Of a DNA stretch of 64,000 nt, positions 21,993 to 33,100 are shown one piece after another. A program made the translations under genes and the position numbers. The stretch comes from Andalucia godoyi And28 (Eukaryota; Protista; Jakobida): NCBI GenBank assembly GCA_009859145.1, contig VRVR01000045.1, positions 31,506 through 95,505 of the forward strand, given 5' to 3'. The notes under the pieces are model-generated. The model ran no database searches. It saw nothing but the letters and a program-made list of their open reading frames with translations, and had not been told where the DNA came from. Position 1 is the stretch's first letter; each line of letters begins with the position of its first letter.

Positions 21993-22643
21993 ATCTTGCG
22001 CTCGGACACCTGCTGCTTGATAGAAGGGTCCCAAAAAAGTTAGATTCCAATGCGGACACTGTGCATGCAGTCTCGAAAAGTCCAAAAAGGGGGAGCTCTC
22101 TGCGTATTGCAAAAATAATAGAGTTACTTACTGATTCACACAATCCGGACGGCGATGGCAAAAAAACCCTCAATTAAAAAAACACCGGAAATCCGTTAGG
22201 TTCATAAAGGTTTTGTTTCTCATTACACCGGCAACCATGAAGAGGCTCCGTCGTTTTTGATGATGCTGCTCTTGTCAACCACTTTTCTCTGCTCGTGCAG
22301 GCACGTCATGTGCGGTCGTCCTGTCGGGAAAGACGTATGAGCAGACCAAGACACAAGCTTTCTGTGGTGTTGTTTTATTCATCGCGCCTACATTGTACAC
22401 CAACCACGGATAAGCATCGCTGATCACCCATAACCAATGTTGCAACCCAACAACATGCATAATGCAACGCGGCGGCGTGTTTACAGGGCTTTCATGATCA
22501 AAATGGGGTGAAACGAATCGGGCATCGTGTGACGGAGTTGTCAAGATAGCAAACGCATGCGCATGGCGCGTGGCAGCGGTGTATCATCAGGTTCCTCCTA
22601 CAAGGCAGGCGGGGGCGAGGCTGCCTGTTGCGAGACTGTGCGT

Positions 22644-25600
22644 CTATGACCGGACGTTGGAAATGCGCTGCACGGAGGACTGGCCGTTGACGTTGTTTGT
22701 GCGGAATAGCACATTGGCATTGTTGAACATGCCTTCCTTGAGAGAGACGATGACAAACTGCGCTTCCTTGAAATATGTCTTCAGCATTTGGCCGATGTTT
22801 TGCGTGTGGGACAAATCGAGGGCGGCATCAACCTCATCGAGAATGTAGACGGGTGCTGGCTTGTATCGCAGCATGGCAAGGATGAGAGAGAGCGCAACGA
22901 GAGAGCGCTGGCCGCCAGAAAGCTCCGTGAGCGACTCCTTCCACGTTCCGCCCAGCGCAACGCGAATCTGCAAGCCTTCCGCAAGATCGTCTTCAGAAGC
23001 ACGGTCCAACTTGGCCGTCATGCCTGGCAGCAGCGTATTCAAGATGGAGCCAAAATCCTTGTTGACCTTCGTCCACGTATCCTCGAGAGCCTCCCGTTTC
23101 TTCACATCCAAAGTGACCATGACCTGTTCGATCTTCTCTCGGTCACGAACAACCTTCTCGCGCTTCTCCAAGAGTTCCTGATAGTCCTTTTCGGTGGAAT
23201 CCAGCATGTGGATAACCTTCTTGTTGACCGAGCGACCTAGTCGCTCGCATCTGTCTTCCAAATCCTTAATGCGACCACGCAAAGCTTCGAGGTTCATATC
23301 CTCGACAGAGAGCGACCGAGCATCCGCCTCGATCCCAGAATTCTTCCGCAGTCTCGCATCTCGCTCGCGGACAGCTCCAGACGTGTCCTTCGTGATGCGA
23401 GATCGCTCGTGCTCGGCCTTTCGCACAAACAGGCTGGACTCGTTCACACTTGTTGTCAATGACTCAATCTCGCGCTCCAGCTCCGAGATCGCCGACGACG
23501 ACGCAGATACTTCAGAACGCTTCGCGTCTTCCTGCTTCTTGCACTCAAATACTTTTGAGCGCAGTTCCTGAAGCTCGGTTTGCTTTGCTGCCAGTCTCGG
23601 TCGCAAACCATCCACCGAGTCGCGAAGCTCTGACCCCGAAGCAGTCGACCGCTCTATTTCCTTGTGCAGCTGCGCCAGTTCCGCATGGACCGTTGCCAAT
23701 TGCTGTGCACACTCGCTCTTCTTCTTCTTGTACGACGTCAAGTCACTGTTTGCCTGGGAAAGTGCTTTCTTAAGAGAATCTCCACTCTGCTTGGAGGCCG
23801 ACGTCATCGAATCGAGCAGCGCTTGCTTCTCTTTTAAATCGGCCTCGAGGATCGCCATTTGACGCTGGAGTTGAACTGCCTCCGTTTCTGCAGATTCAAT
23901 GTCCGACTTCAAACGATGGTACGCATGCGAGGCGATTGCTCTCTCCAGAGAGTCGGCTTCTGCCTTCAGCGACGATACCTTGCCTGCCTTCTCTTGCATT
24001 CGAATGATCTTGTCCTTGTTGTCCGAGACCACGGCAAGCTCCTTCCGGAGGACGTCGATCTCTTGTTGCAAAGAGTCTCGTTCGAAGACAAGATCCACCA
24101 GAGAAGCGTCACGAGAGCCCTTTGAAGAGCCATCGGAGCCTCCCGTCAGCGTACCGGATGGATCGAAAATGTCTCCGTCCAGCGTAACCGTGCGAACTTG
24201 CACCTGCGGATCGAACGCCACTGCGCGCGCCATGTCCAAGTTCTGGCAAACAAATGTTCTTCCAAAAACGTACTGCATTGCCTTTTCGACAGACGGTTCA
24301 AACGTTACAAGCGACACAGCAGTCAGCGCCCGATTGTTCGACACGCGGGAAGCACCATTTTGCTGTTGCTGCGACAGCGGGGAGGCAGAAATGGTGTCGA
24401 GAGGCAGAATTGTCACTCGTCGCTTGAGGCTCCCCGAGGCAAGGAGGGACTTTCCCGTTTCGGCCGAATCAACAACTACTTGGTACAGACGACCACCAGC
24501 CACAACTTCCAGCGCCTTGGAATACTGCGGATCCCGAACATGCATCAAGGAACCGACAGTGCCGTGGACCACAGACGAGGCAGAAATCTTCCGGGAGTCG
24601 TACTCGAAATTGAGAACCTGCAGAGCAGTGTGCACCTGCGATGCTCGAGACTCCTTTTCAAACAACTTGCTTCGGAGCGCCTTTTCCTTGCCGACCAGCT
24701 GGTCCACAGCAGTGTTTTCCTTTCCTTGCGATGCGGATACGGAAAGATCAGCACCGTGCTGCGACAGTTCGCTCTGTACAGACTGTTTGCGAGTGACCAG
24801 CGACGCATGGTCCTTTTCCTGCCTGCCCAGCTCCTTCTGCTTCTTTCCACGGTCCGCTTCGACAGCGGACAATCGCGACTTTGCAGACGAAATCTGCGAC
24901 TGCGTTTCTGTGATCTTCGCCTTGATGCTGGCCACTTCTTCGGCAACAATACTTGCATTCCCAGATGTCGCAGACTTGGTCAGATTGGCGACGCGCAGCT
25001 TGTACTCGTCAATCGCGTTTTCGAGACGAGAATGCTCGGCCTCCAGCGTCAGCCTCTCTGCGGACATTTGCTCCAATCGAGTCCTGTCTGCTTTCACGGA
25101 CGCTTCCAGATCTGCAAGCTGTTTCGCTTCGGCATCCAGCTGACTACGCACAGCAGCCACCTCTGTCTCTGCTGCAGATAGCAGCTTCGCCCACTTGGCA
25201 GTCTCCGTTTCCAGTTTCTTCAGCTCTTGCATGCCCTTTTGTTTGCTTCTGAGAAGATCGAGCTCCTTTTCCTTTGCAGCCAGCGTCCTCTTCCCTTGCT
25301 TCTCCATTTCTCCGCATCGTTTGCACTCTGATTCCAGCTGCGCCGACTCCCGCTCCAGTGCTTCTAGTTGCTGCAGCAGCAGTCCAAACTCCAGGGCCTC
25401 GAGCATGCGCTTCTGTCGATCCAGCTCGCCGTTTGCAACTTCCCATTGCTTGTACTCTTGGTTTTCGTCCCGCAGCTTCTGCAGCATGGGCGTGACCTTT
25501 TCGCCCAAGAGCTGCGAAATTTCCTCGAGCTTTTCGCTCTTCTTCTCGATCGTCTTTTGCGCCTGGATCTTCTTTGTTTCGTACATGCGTGTTCCCGCAG

Positions 25601-26102
25601 CCTCTTCAATCATTGCCAGAATCTCAGGGGGCTTCATATTCAAAACCTTGGTGATGCGGCCTTGCATGATCAGAAAGTGCGGGTTGTTCACGTTGAGCTG
25701 CACCGACAAGAACAGGTTCTGGACTCTACTGAGCTGCGCATTGTGTCCATTGATGAGATACTTGTTGCGGCCTCCCAGCAAGATCTGACGCGTCACTGTG
25801 ATCTGGTCGTTGGTCTCGTACCCTGGCGGAGAAGACTTTTTATCGCGATTGTTGAATACGAGCGTCACAGATGCCTTTGTGATGCCGGCCTGTCCCTGTT
25901 TGTACACCAGTTCTTGAAGCTGCTGCACGCGCACTTGCTGCAAGTTTGAAATCCCAAGAACAAAGCATATCCCGTCCAGAATATTCGACTTTCCAGACCC
26001 GTTCAGACCCGTAATCGCGTTAAAATGAGGATCAAATCCTGAAATCACCGTCCGATTCGCATAGGACTTGAACCCATCCAGTATTATCTCTTCAATGTAC
26101 AT
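22644..26102 (-). CDS. SMC2: Condensin subunit SMC2
   Basis: MYIEEIILDGFKSY; Walker A GLNGSGKSN; NNPHFLIMQGRITKVLNMKP (SMC2-typical); hinge domain; LSGGQ signature; ILDEVD Walker B. ATG at 26102. Confidence 0.96.
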   Translation of the reverse strand: MYIEEIILDGFKSYANRTVISGFDPHFNAITGLNGSGKSNILDGICFVLGISNLQQVRVQQLQELVYKQGQAGITKASVTLVFNNRDKKSSPPGYETNDQITVTRQILLGGRNKYLINGHNAQLSRVQNLFLSVQLNVNNPHFLIMQGRITKVLNMKPPEILAMIEEAAGTRMYETKKIQAQKTIEKKSEKLEEISQLLGEKVTPMLQKLRDENQEYKQWEVANGELDRQKRMLEALEFGLLLQQLEALERESAQLESECKRCGEMEKQGKRTLAAKEKELDLLRSKQKGMQELKKLETETAKWAKLLSAAETEVAAVRSQLDAEAKQLADLEASVKADRTRLEQMSAERLTLEAEHSRLENAIDEYKLRVANLTKSATSGNASIVAEEVASIKAKITETQSQISSAKSRLSAVEADRGKKQKELGRQEKDHASLVTRKQSVQSELSQHGADLSVSASQGKENTAVDQLVGKEKALRSKLFEKESRASQVHTALQVLNFEYDSRKISASSVVHGTVGSLMHVRDPQYSKALEVVAGGRLYQVVVDSAETGKSLLASGSLKRRVTILPLDTISASPLSQQQQNGASRVSNNRALTAVSLVTFEPSVEKAMQYVFGRTFVCQNLDMARAVAFDPQVQVRTVTLDGDIFDPSGTLTGGSDGSSKGSRDASLVDLVFERDSLQQEIDVLRKELAVVSDNKDKIIRMQEKAGKVSSLKAEADSLERAIASHAYHRLKSDIESAETEAVQLQRQMAILEADLKEKQALLDSMTSASKQSGDSLKKALSQANSDLTSYKKKKSECAQQLATVHAELAQLHKEIERSTASGSELRDSVDGLRPRLAAKQTELQELRSKVFECKKQEDAKRSEVSASSSAISELEREIESLTTSVNESSLFVRKAEHERSRITKDTSGAVRERDARLRKNSGIEADARSLSVEDMNLEALRGRIKDLEDRCERLGRSVNKKVIHMLDSTEKDYQELLEKREKVVRDREKIEQVMVTLDVKKREALEDTWTKVNKDFGSILNTLLPGMTAKLDRASEDDLAEGLQIRVALGGTWKESLTELSGGQRSLVALSLILAMLRYKPAPVYILDEVDAALDLSHTQNIGQMLKTYFKEAQFVIVSLKEGMFNNANVLFRTNNVNGQSSVQRISNVRS

Positions 26103-26588
26103 CCCTCTCTGTATGCCAATCAATCAATTACAATATTTAAATTGATTCTCTATATAAATAATAAGAAGAAAGAAGAAGAAAGAATCGTTCCAACAAAAAC
26201 GACTGGTGTTTAATTAAAAACAAGACAGCAGAGCCGAATTGAAATTCAGCGACCGGATTTTATGGCGGGAAAGCTGCTCAGACCGACGGAATAGAAGGGA
26301 TAGGTTAACGACCTAGGGTTTTCCAAGTGCTATATTTTTATTTTTTTGTTTTGTGGCACCCAGGTGCGATGGGCAAAACCCTCCCTATCGGAGCAGCAGA
26401 TCTTCTCTCTTTTCCCTCGTGTACAGCAGCGGGACTTCGTTCTACTCGCATATCGATGCGTATTCCGCATTGGCTTTTTGTTTTTGGTTGCTAATGCTTT
26501 TCTGTTTTGTTTTTCGTCTTGGCTTTTCATACATTATTATTATTATTATTAATATTATTATTAATGTTTTTTTGGAGGGAGAGGGGAA

Positions 26589-27869
26589 ATGTCAGAGGTT
26601 GAAGACGAGACAGTGGCGTCGGTGGTGCTGGCACTGGTGGTTGTTGGGGTTTTGTATGTGCTGGTGTCGCGGCGGCGACGAGAGACGCTTTCGAAACGAG
26701 CTCCGACGAAGATCCATGTTTCGTCGTGGATGGAGTTTCGAGTGGGGACGTGGATCATGGCGGTGCTGGAGAAGTTCAAATACACGTGTTCTCCGCCGTC
26801 CGTGCAGCTTATGGAATACGCTTGTGGGTACTGGAACTCGGCTGCAATGTATGCAGCGGCGAAACTCCGACTGGCGGATTTGGTGGAAGACCATTTTCCG
26901 TCGCCGGTCTCGACGTATGATTTGTCGCGGAAGCTGGCGGTTCACGAGGATGATCTGTACAGACTGATGCGCGCGCTTGCGACCAAGGGCGTGTTTGCGG
27001 AAACTCCAAACAGACACTTTGTGCAGACTCCGCTCTCCGATATGCTCCGGACGAACCACCCGCTGTCGATGTGGGGCGCTGTCGTGAGTCTGCATGAAGA
27101 ACAGCGCCATGCGTTTGCACGCTTGTTTGAGTCGGTGGACCAAAAGGTGGCTACCGCAGCTCCGAGTGTGCCGCGCAAGTCTGGGTTTGAAATCGAGTAT
27201 GGAGAGCCATTCTACGACTATCTGGACAAGCATTCGCACCAAAGCAAGCTGTTTGACGAGTTCATGAAGGGCGTCAGCAATGACTCAATGCCCGTCATTG
27301 CTCAGGACTTCCACTTCGAAAAGTATGGCACCATTGTGGATGTCGGCGGCGGCGACGGGACGCTGCTCAAGACCATTTACGAAATGAATCTTGCAAAACG
27401 GTGCAAGGGTTGCAAGAAACTGCGCTGCCAGTCCCACAACTGCATTCTCTTCGATCGGCCCGCCGTGGTTTCTCTGACGGAATTTCCGACGACGGTCGTG
27501 GTGAAGAAGGCCGCCGGAAGCTTTTTTGATGCCGATACCATCCCAGTGGGAGACTTGATCATTCTGAAGGAGGTTCTGCACAACTGGACAGACGAAAATT
27601 GCCTCAGGATCCTCTCGTCTGTGTCACAGAGAATGTCCGGAACGAACGCTCGCATTCTTGTCATCGATGTTGTCTTGTCGGAACTAAAGGACTGCGATCA
27701 CCTGCGAGCCCTAAAGACGTTCCTGGACCTGCACATGCTCACCATGCTTCGAGGAATGGAGCGTACCAAGATCCAGTTTGCGGAGCTTGTTGCCAAGGTT
27801 GGTTTGGAAGTCGAGGCCATCATTCCTATGCGAACCGTATACTCGGGCATCCTGCTGAAAAAAGCCTAA
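26589..27869 (+). CDS. SAM-dependent small-molecule O-methyltransferase (COMT/ASMT-like) with N-terminal TM anchor
   Basis: Dimerisation helix-turn-helix (AAAKLRLAD...LYRLMRALATKGVF); SAM motif IVDVGGGDG; GSFF; LKEVLHNWTDENCLRIL; DLHML...GMERT. Confidence 0.9.
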   Translation: MSEVEDETVASVVLALVVVGVLYVLVSRRRRETLSKRAPTKIHVSSWMEFRVGTWIMAVLEKFKYTCSPPSVQLMEYACGYWNSAAMYAAAKLRLADLVEDHFPSPVSTYDLSRKLAVHEDDLYRLMRALATKGVFAETPNRHFVQTPLSDMLRTNHPLSMWGAVVSLHEEQRHAFARLFESVDQKVATAAPSVPRKSGFEIEYGEPFYDYLDKHSHQSKLFDEFMKGVSNDSMPVIAQDFHFEKYGTIVDVGGGDGTLLKTIYEMNLAKRCKGCKKLRCQSHNCILFDRPAVVSLTEFPTTVVVKKAAGSFFDADTIPVGDLIILKEVLHNWTDENCLRILSSVSQRMSGTNARILVIDVVLSELKDCDHLRALKTFLDLHMLTMLRGMERTKIQFAELVAKVGLEVEAIIPMRTVYSGILLKKA

Positions 27870-28188
27870 AAATTGTGATCGCTGTTGGATGTGGGATGTT
27901 GTTGGATTCCGTTTCCTCTTGTGAGCAGGTTTTTTTTTTAATTTTTTTTTTTTTATTAATTTTTTTTGGGCAATAGGTGGTTTTTCAATTAAAATGATAT
28001 TGGGAATATTGCACACAATGAAGACAAACACTGGCCGGCTGGGAACTGTCTATTTCAGGAAGCTGTTCGAGGTGCATTTTTTAATGAACAAGCAGAAAAC
28101 GAAGAATAGACGGCAGCAGAGCATTTGGAGGGAGAAGAGAGGAAGGAAAAGGCTATCTCCCCTCCGTGCTCCCGGGCCGTTCGACCGC

Positions 28189-29629
28189 TTACCACTCTGC
28201 GTTGGGAGGCCGATTCTGCCGCATCCAGTTATTAAACATCTGGATCGGCTTGTCGGTGCGGACATACTTGTCCATTCGCCATCCATACTGTCGAGGTCTC
28301 TGTCGGGCAAGGACCACATTGTCTTCGTGGAAGAAGATATCGCGCTCCATGAGAACAAAGAGTTTCGACAGCAACGGTCCGAGCACCGGCATCCGCAAAT
28401 GGTTCTGCGAATGGCGCAGAATCATGTACGCATGGTCTTCGTCAACTGGCGAGATTGCGACATAGAAGAACCACTGCGGATCGTACTTGATGATCAGAAA
28501 TCCTGGGAAGTACATGTGGGTTTCGATGTACACCGAGGTTGGATCCCCGTCCTTCTCTTCGAATTTCCCGCTCATATGGAGTCCTCTGTCATTCGGGAGT
28601 GGCTCGCACTTGTACTCGCGGACGAGCCTGTTCCTGATTCCCGTCGCCGCCTTGTAAATCCAGTTTCCGTGCAGTACTCCAAAGTGCGCATGATCCAGCA
28701 TTGTGTTCTCGACGAGGCGGTGATAGGTATGGGGATACTCGCGCCCTTCCGCAAACGTGTTCCACTTGTCTCCTCGCACAACGGGGAGATTGTGCTCTGC
28801 AGACGGCACGGGTGGGAACCCCTCTTCCCGGTCATCGCCGTACCACATCCAGATGTATCCAAACTCTGACCGGCACGAGCTTCAGCGCGTGTCCGCGGTG
28901 CGCCGTCGGCTCGGTACTCTCCGTAGGCTGCCTGACGCACTTTCCAGTCCTATCAAACGAGAACGAGTGGTACGGACACTGGATGCACGACTGGCCGTTC
29001 TCCTTGACAATCTTTCCTCCGAGCGTCAGCGACGCGCCACGGTGCGGACATCGATCGGAATGGCACACAACACCGCCATTGTCGTCTCTCCACATTGCAA
29101 AGTCGACTCCAAAGCGGCGCACATGCATTGGTGCTTTCCTCCCGAGCTTCGTAGACTCGAGAACACCATACCATTGGTTGTACGGCCACCAGTTCTGCTT
29201 CACCGTCTCCTTGCGCATCTCCTGCTCCGTCGGCAAAATCAGCGGGGCATTCCCAATCGAGTAGCTCGAGAACGTAAGCAGCCTCTTTAGTCCCCGCCAC
29301 AGCCTCCGGGCCATCCATTCCACACCCCGCAGCCCTGCATACACTCCCGCAATCTGCAGAACCAGAGGAAGCGCGGGCAACTGCACGTACGCGCACGCAG
29401 CACCAAGGCGGTCCTGCAGGCCGAGCGCCGGGATCAGATCACGCAACTCTGCCAAACTCAAGTGCGACCACCCCCACGATCCCCACGATCCCCACGATCC
29501 CCACGACCACGTCTCAAGAAGCTCCGGGCGGTACATCCAAATCCCTGCAAGCACCGCTAAAATCCCTGCAAGCGCCGTTCCACGCACTGTGGACCCGCCA
29601 CTCCGACCTGTGCGGATTCCAATCGACAT
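28189..29629 (-). CDS. Membrane-anchored Rieske non-heme iron oxygenase, interrupted by an apparent 2-nt frameshift at ~28865
   Basis: The 5' ORF has TM segments and Rieske ligands CPHRGASL...CPYH. The 3' ORF has the mononuclear Fe motif DHAHFGVLH and a later HED. Restoring AG in GTCAGAG[AG]TTTGGA gives a continuous VPVREFGYIWMWYG and ~480 aa. Confidence 0.8.
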
Positions 29630-29722
29630 CAGTCCCCTCTTTGCTCCTCGCTATCTATCTCCCTGATGATGATGATGATACTCGATTATAAAATTGCTGA
29701 AAACGTCAAATAAGCAAATATC

Positions 29723-29763
29723 AAAACATTCAAAGCAAAACATTCAAAGCAAATATTCAAAGC
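29723..29763. repeat. Three tandem copies of an AAAACATTCAAAGC-like unit in a divergent intergenic region
   Basis: AAAACATTCAAAGC x2 followed by AAATATTCAAAGC, read directly. Confidence 0.85.
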
Positions 29764-30126
29764 AAAAATAGTCTGGGATTTCTGTTTTTACTTTTGGTGT
29801 GCTCTGGTTGCGGAGAAACCGTGCGGCAGGACGGCTGTAGTGCACGAAAATAGCTCGAAAAGGCACTGACAGTGGCGCATCGTGCATAGCGGGGAGGACT
29901 GACAGTCGACGAGTGTCAGAATTTTCAAAAGTTGTTGTCTCCGACATTCTCAGTTTTACTTTATTTTGCACTTTATTTTTTCTCGTATATGTTTCCTCTT
30001 TGTGGCTTTTTTGTCTTGTGTTTTGCTCTTTGATTTTATTAAGAGGAATATAATTGTAAAGAGTGTTAGGGTTGTCAGAACGGGGACGGGGGTGGAAGGA
30101 GCGGAGGGGGAGAGAGATAGAACATA

Positions 30127-33100
30127 ATGAGGTTTGACGTGTTCTTGTCGATAACTCCGACGCCGGTGGATGGATTTTGTCCTTTGGAGAGCGAGATGTG
30201 GAAGAATGCAATGGAGCAGGTGCGGGTTGCAGATGACGCTGGGTTTGAAGTTGCGTGGTTCGCAGAATCGCATTTGTCGCACAAGGCACAGCTTCGCAAT
30301 CGACACCCGGTCACGCCGTCGTTTGAAGGCGAAATCGGACTGAACTCGGACTTTCCGCAGCTTGCAACACGTGTTTTGAGCTGCACAAAACGCATTGGCG
30401 TTGGCGCAGCGGTGTTGAACATTCTTTCTAATGGGGGGCCAATCGCAAATGCAGAGTGCATTGCACAGCTCATCAGCATGCACACTGCGCTCAGCTCGGA
30501 CCCCAACCGGGAAATCCACGTGGCATTTTCAGCGGGGCGATTTGAGTATGCGCGTCGAGCATTCGGCGTGCTTCCTCGTAACGAATATGAGAGCATCGTG
30601 TGGGAGGAGCTGCAGCCGCTCGTTTTCAGAGAGGCAATGGAAGTGTTTGTGCGGTTGCTGAGGGGAGATGTGCTCAGGGCGGACCAAATCGCCCCGTGCA
30701 TCTTGTCTGCACATGAAGTCGCGGACCAAGCAAAATGGTTCTCGTTGCAAAGGGCTCTTCGATTGAGAGACGCGAAGAGCGATCGGGCAGGCCAGGCATC
30801 CCCCGAATCGAATAACCCTTGCTCGTGGTGCACGGACGTAAGGCGAATTGACGAGCACCAGGTGCAGTTCCCGCTCCGCTTCATCTTTCCCGATCAGCAT
30901 ATTGGCGTGATTTCGAGGCCGCAAAACGCATCATGTCTAAAGTTGCTCGTGGCGACACATGATCCTTTTCTGCAGCGATTGGCAAACAAGTGGCTCCCCG
31001 TGCAAGTGTGCAACTTGTCGGTGACTCCGGCGGACGTCATTGATCAAACACACGAATTGATGAAGGAGGCGTACCATCCAGCAGGTGGTCCCTGGATGCG
31101 TGAATATATGCCCCGCACGGTGTTGGTCTTCTTGAATGCGGACTCGTCGCTCACAGAAGTTCAACAGAACGACGCAGCAAAGAAATCGGCATTGGCGGCG
31201 CTAAAGTCGTATTGGAAGGCCGTGGAGGGTACCATTTTGGATGAGGATTCGCCAGCCAACAACATGAGAAATGCAGTGTGGGGTTGCCCTGCGCAGGTTG
31301 CCGCGCAGCTGCGAAATAACTATCATGCAGACGACAGACTAATGCTGTGGTTTGATTTTTTCAACCACGACTCCGTTGCAGTGTGCAATTCCATGAAGAA
31401 TTTTATGAGACTTGTGGTGCCCATGCTGAACGATGTCATACACCCGCGCATCTTGCAATCCAATGCTTGCATAGCGCCGAATAACAACGTCAATCGTAAC
31501 AGCAACAGTACGAGAACCGGCTCCGTGGAGATGCTGGCATCCGGCTACAGTGCGGCTGTCAAGGGGACCCGTAAGGAAATCGTCGTTGTAATTGACCTTC
31601 TTCCACCAATTGAAAACGCCGATGAGGCTTCGTGGACTGCCGATTGGCTGCGGAGTAGCAGTGCGCAAGATCTTGAGGTCCGGGTGTTCAAGGGCATTGA
31701 CGGCATTTGGCCAACCGAGTATGATTTGGCGGGGTGCTTGGCAGTCGTGCTCACGGGGTCGACGTGCTCTTGCGTCAACGACTATGATCATACCGAACCT
31801 TTGTTCAAGTTCTTTGCGTCTGTCATTCGTCTTGAAATTCCCACATTGGCGATTTGCTACAGCGCACAAATGCTAGTTCGATGGATTGCGGGGAAAGAAC
31901 ATGTTCTGCGGCTACCTGCTCCACATGTCGGATTCGTGCAAGTTTCTGCCATGGCGGATCGAGGTTTCGGCAGGTCTGCCACTCTGTTCAATTCCATTGG
32001 CGCCAGTTTGATTTCCACAAGCGCGCAGTCGGACGGTTTCATTGTTCCAGATGAGAACATATCGTATGAGTTGCAAGTCGGGTCGTCGAAACAGGAAACG
32101 AGATTCATTCACACTGCGTCTGCTGAAAAATGGAAGTATCAGGGGTTCCAGCTGCTTGGCCTTCCTGTCTGGGGCGTGCAATTCCACCCAAACTGGCCCT
32201 GCTACGGCTCCGAGACAGTGTTCAACCTGTTGCAACGCGGAAATCCAGCCTTGGTCGTGGAACGACAAGGCGAGTTTCGAGATGCAGATCAGTTCTCCGT
32301 CGGAAAATCTTTCTTGGAAGCGTGCCGTCACCATGTTATGCTCAAGTGGGTGGTCGGCATCCATCTGTCCGGCCTGACCAACCTGTCCACGCCCAGCTAT
32401 GTGGCTCCCAAGGACCCCTCTGTGACCGCAGCGGCCGAGGCAAGTCGTGGAGATGGCTCCCTGTGGACTCGAGGATATGGAGACAATGATCAAGGGTGTG
32501 TGTCGCTGTCGGGAACCTCCATGAAGATGGCGTATCGCGTAATGGCGGTTCTACCAGGCTACTCTTCTGAAGCAGAAGCTACCATTCGGCAAATCATTGA
32601 ATCCACCTTTGAGTCGATTCACAGTGTTGCGAACAATTTCAATGCAGAGTCGGAGATTTCCAAGGCTATCGAGCATTTCCGGCAAGGCGGAGAGGAGATT
32701 CGCATCTCTTCTTTGCTGGAACGCCTCCTGCGGTCCACATTTGATGCGCACCTTGTGACCAATCGATTGTTCGATCCGACAGTAGGGAGCATCAAGAAGC
32801 TGTGGAAGACCCAGGATGGTGTGCCGGAGGACCAGAGGTCGTCTATGATGCACACGATTGGCCTTGGACGTTGGTATGTATTGCGAAAGGAAGGTTGCAA
32901 TGCGGCTGTGCTGTCTCGCAAGCATGCCAAGTCGCCGCAGTGTGCTCTCTTGGACATCGACCTGTGTTCTATTGCCAAGGGCTTTGCGGTCGATTTGATT
33001 TGCGAGCGCTTGTTGGAAAGTGGGGTAGTCCGCTATTGTGTGGAATGGGCAGGAGAGATCCGGGTTCGCGGTTCAGATCCCAGTGGTCGTCCGTGGAGGA

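Noticed and set aside
22602-22625. Short hairpin AGGCAG...CTGCCT just past the SMC2 stop
   Set aside because: A 6-bp stem without a U-tract is expected by chance, and intrinsic terminators do not apply in a eukaryote.
26314-26322. Telo-box-like TAGGGTTTT upstream of SMC2
   Set aside because: A single short motif; enrichment cannot be assessed from this window.
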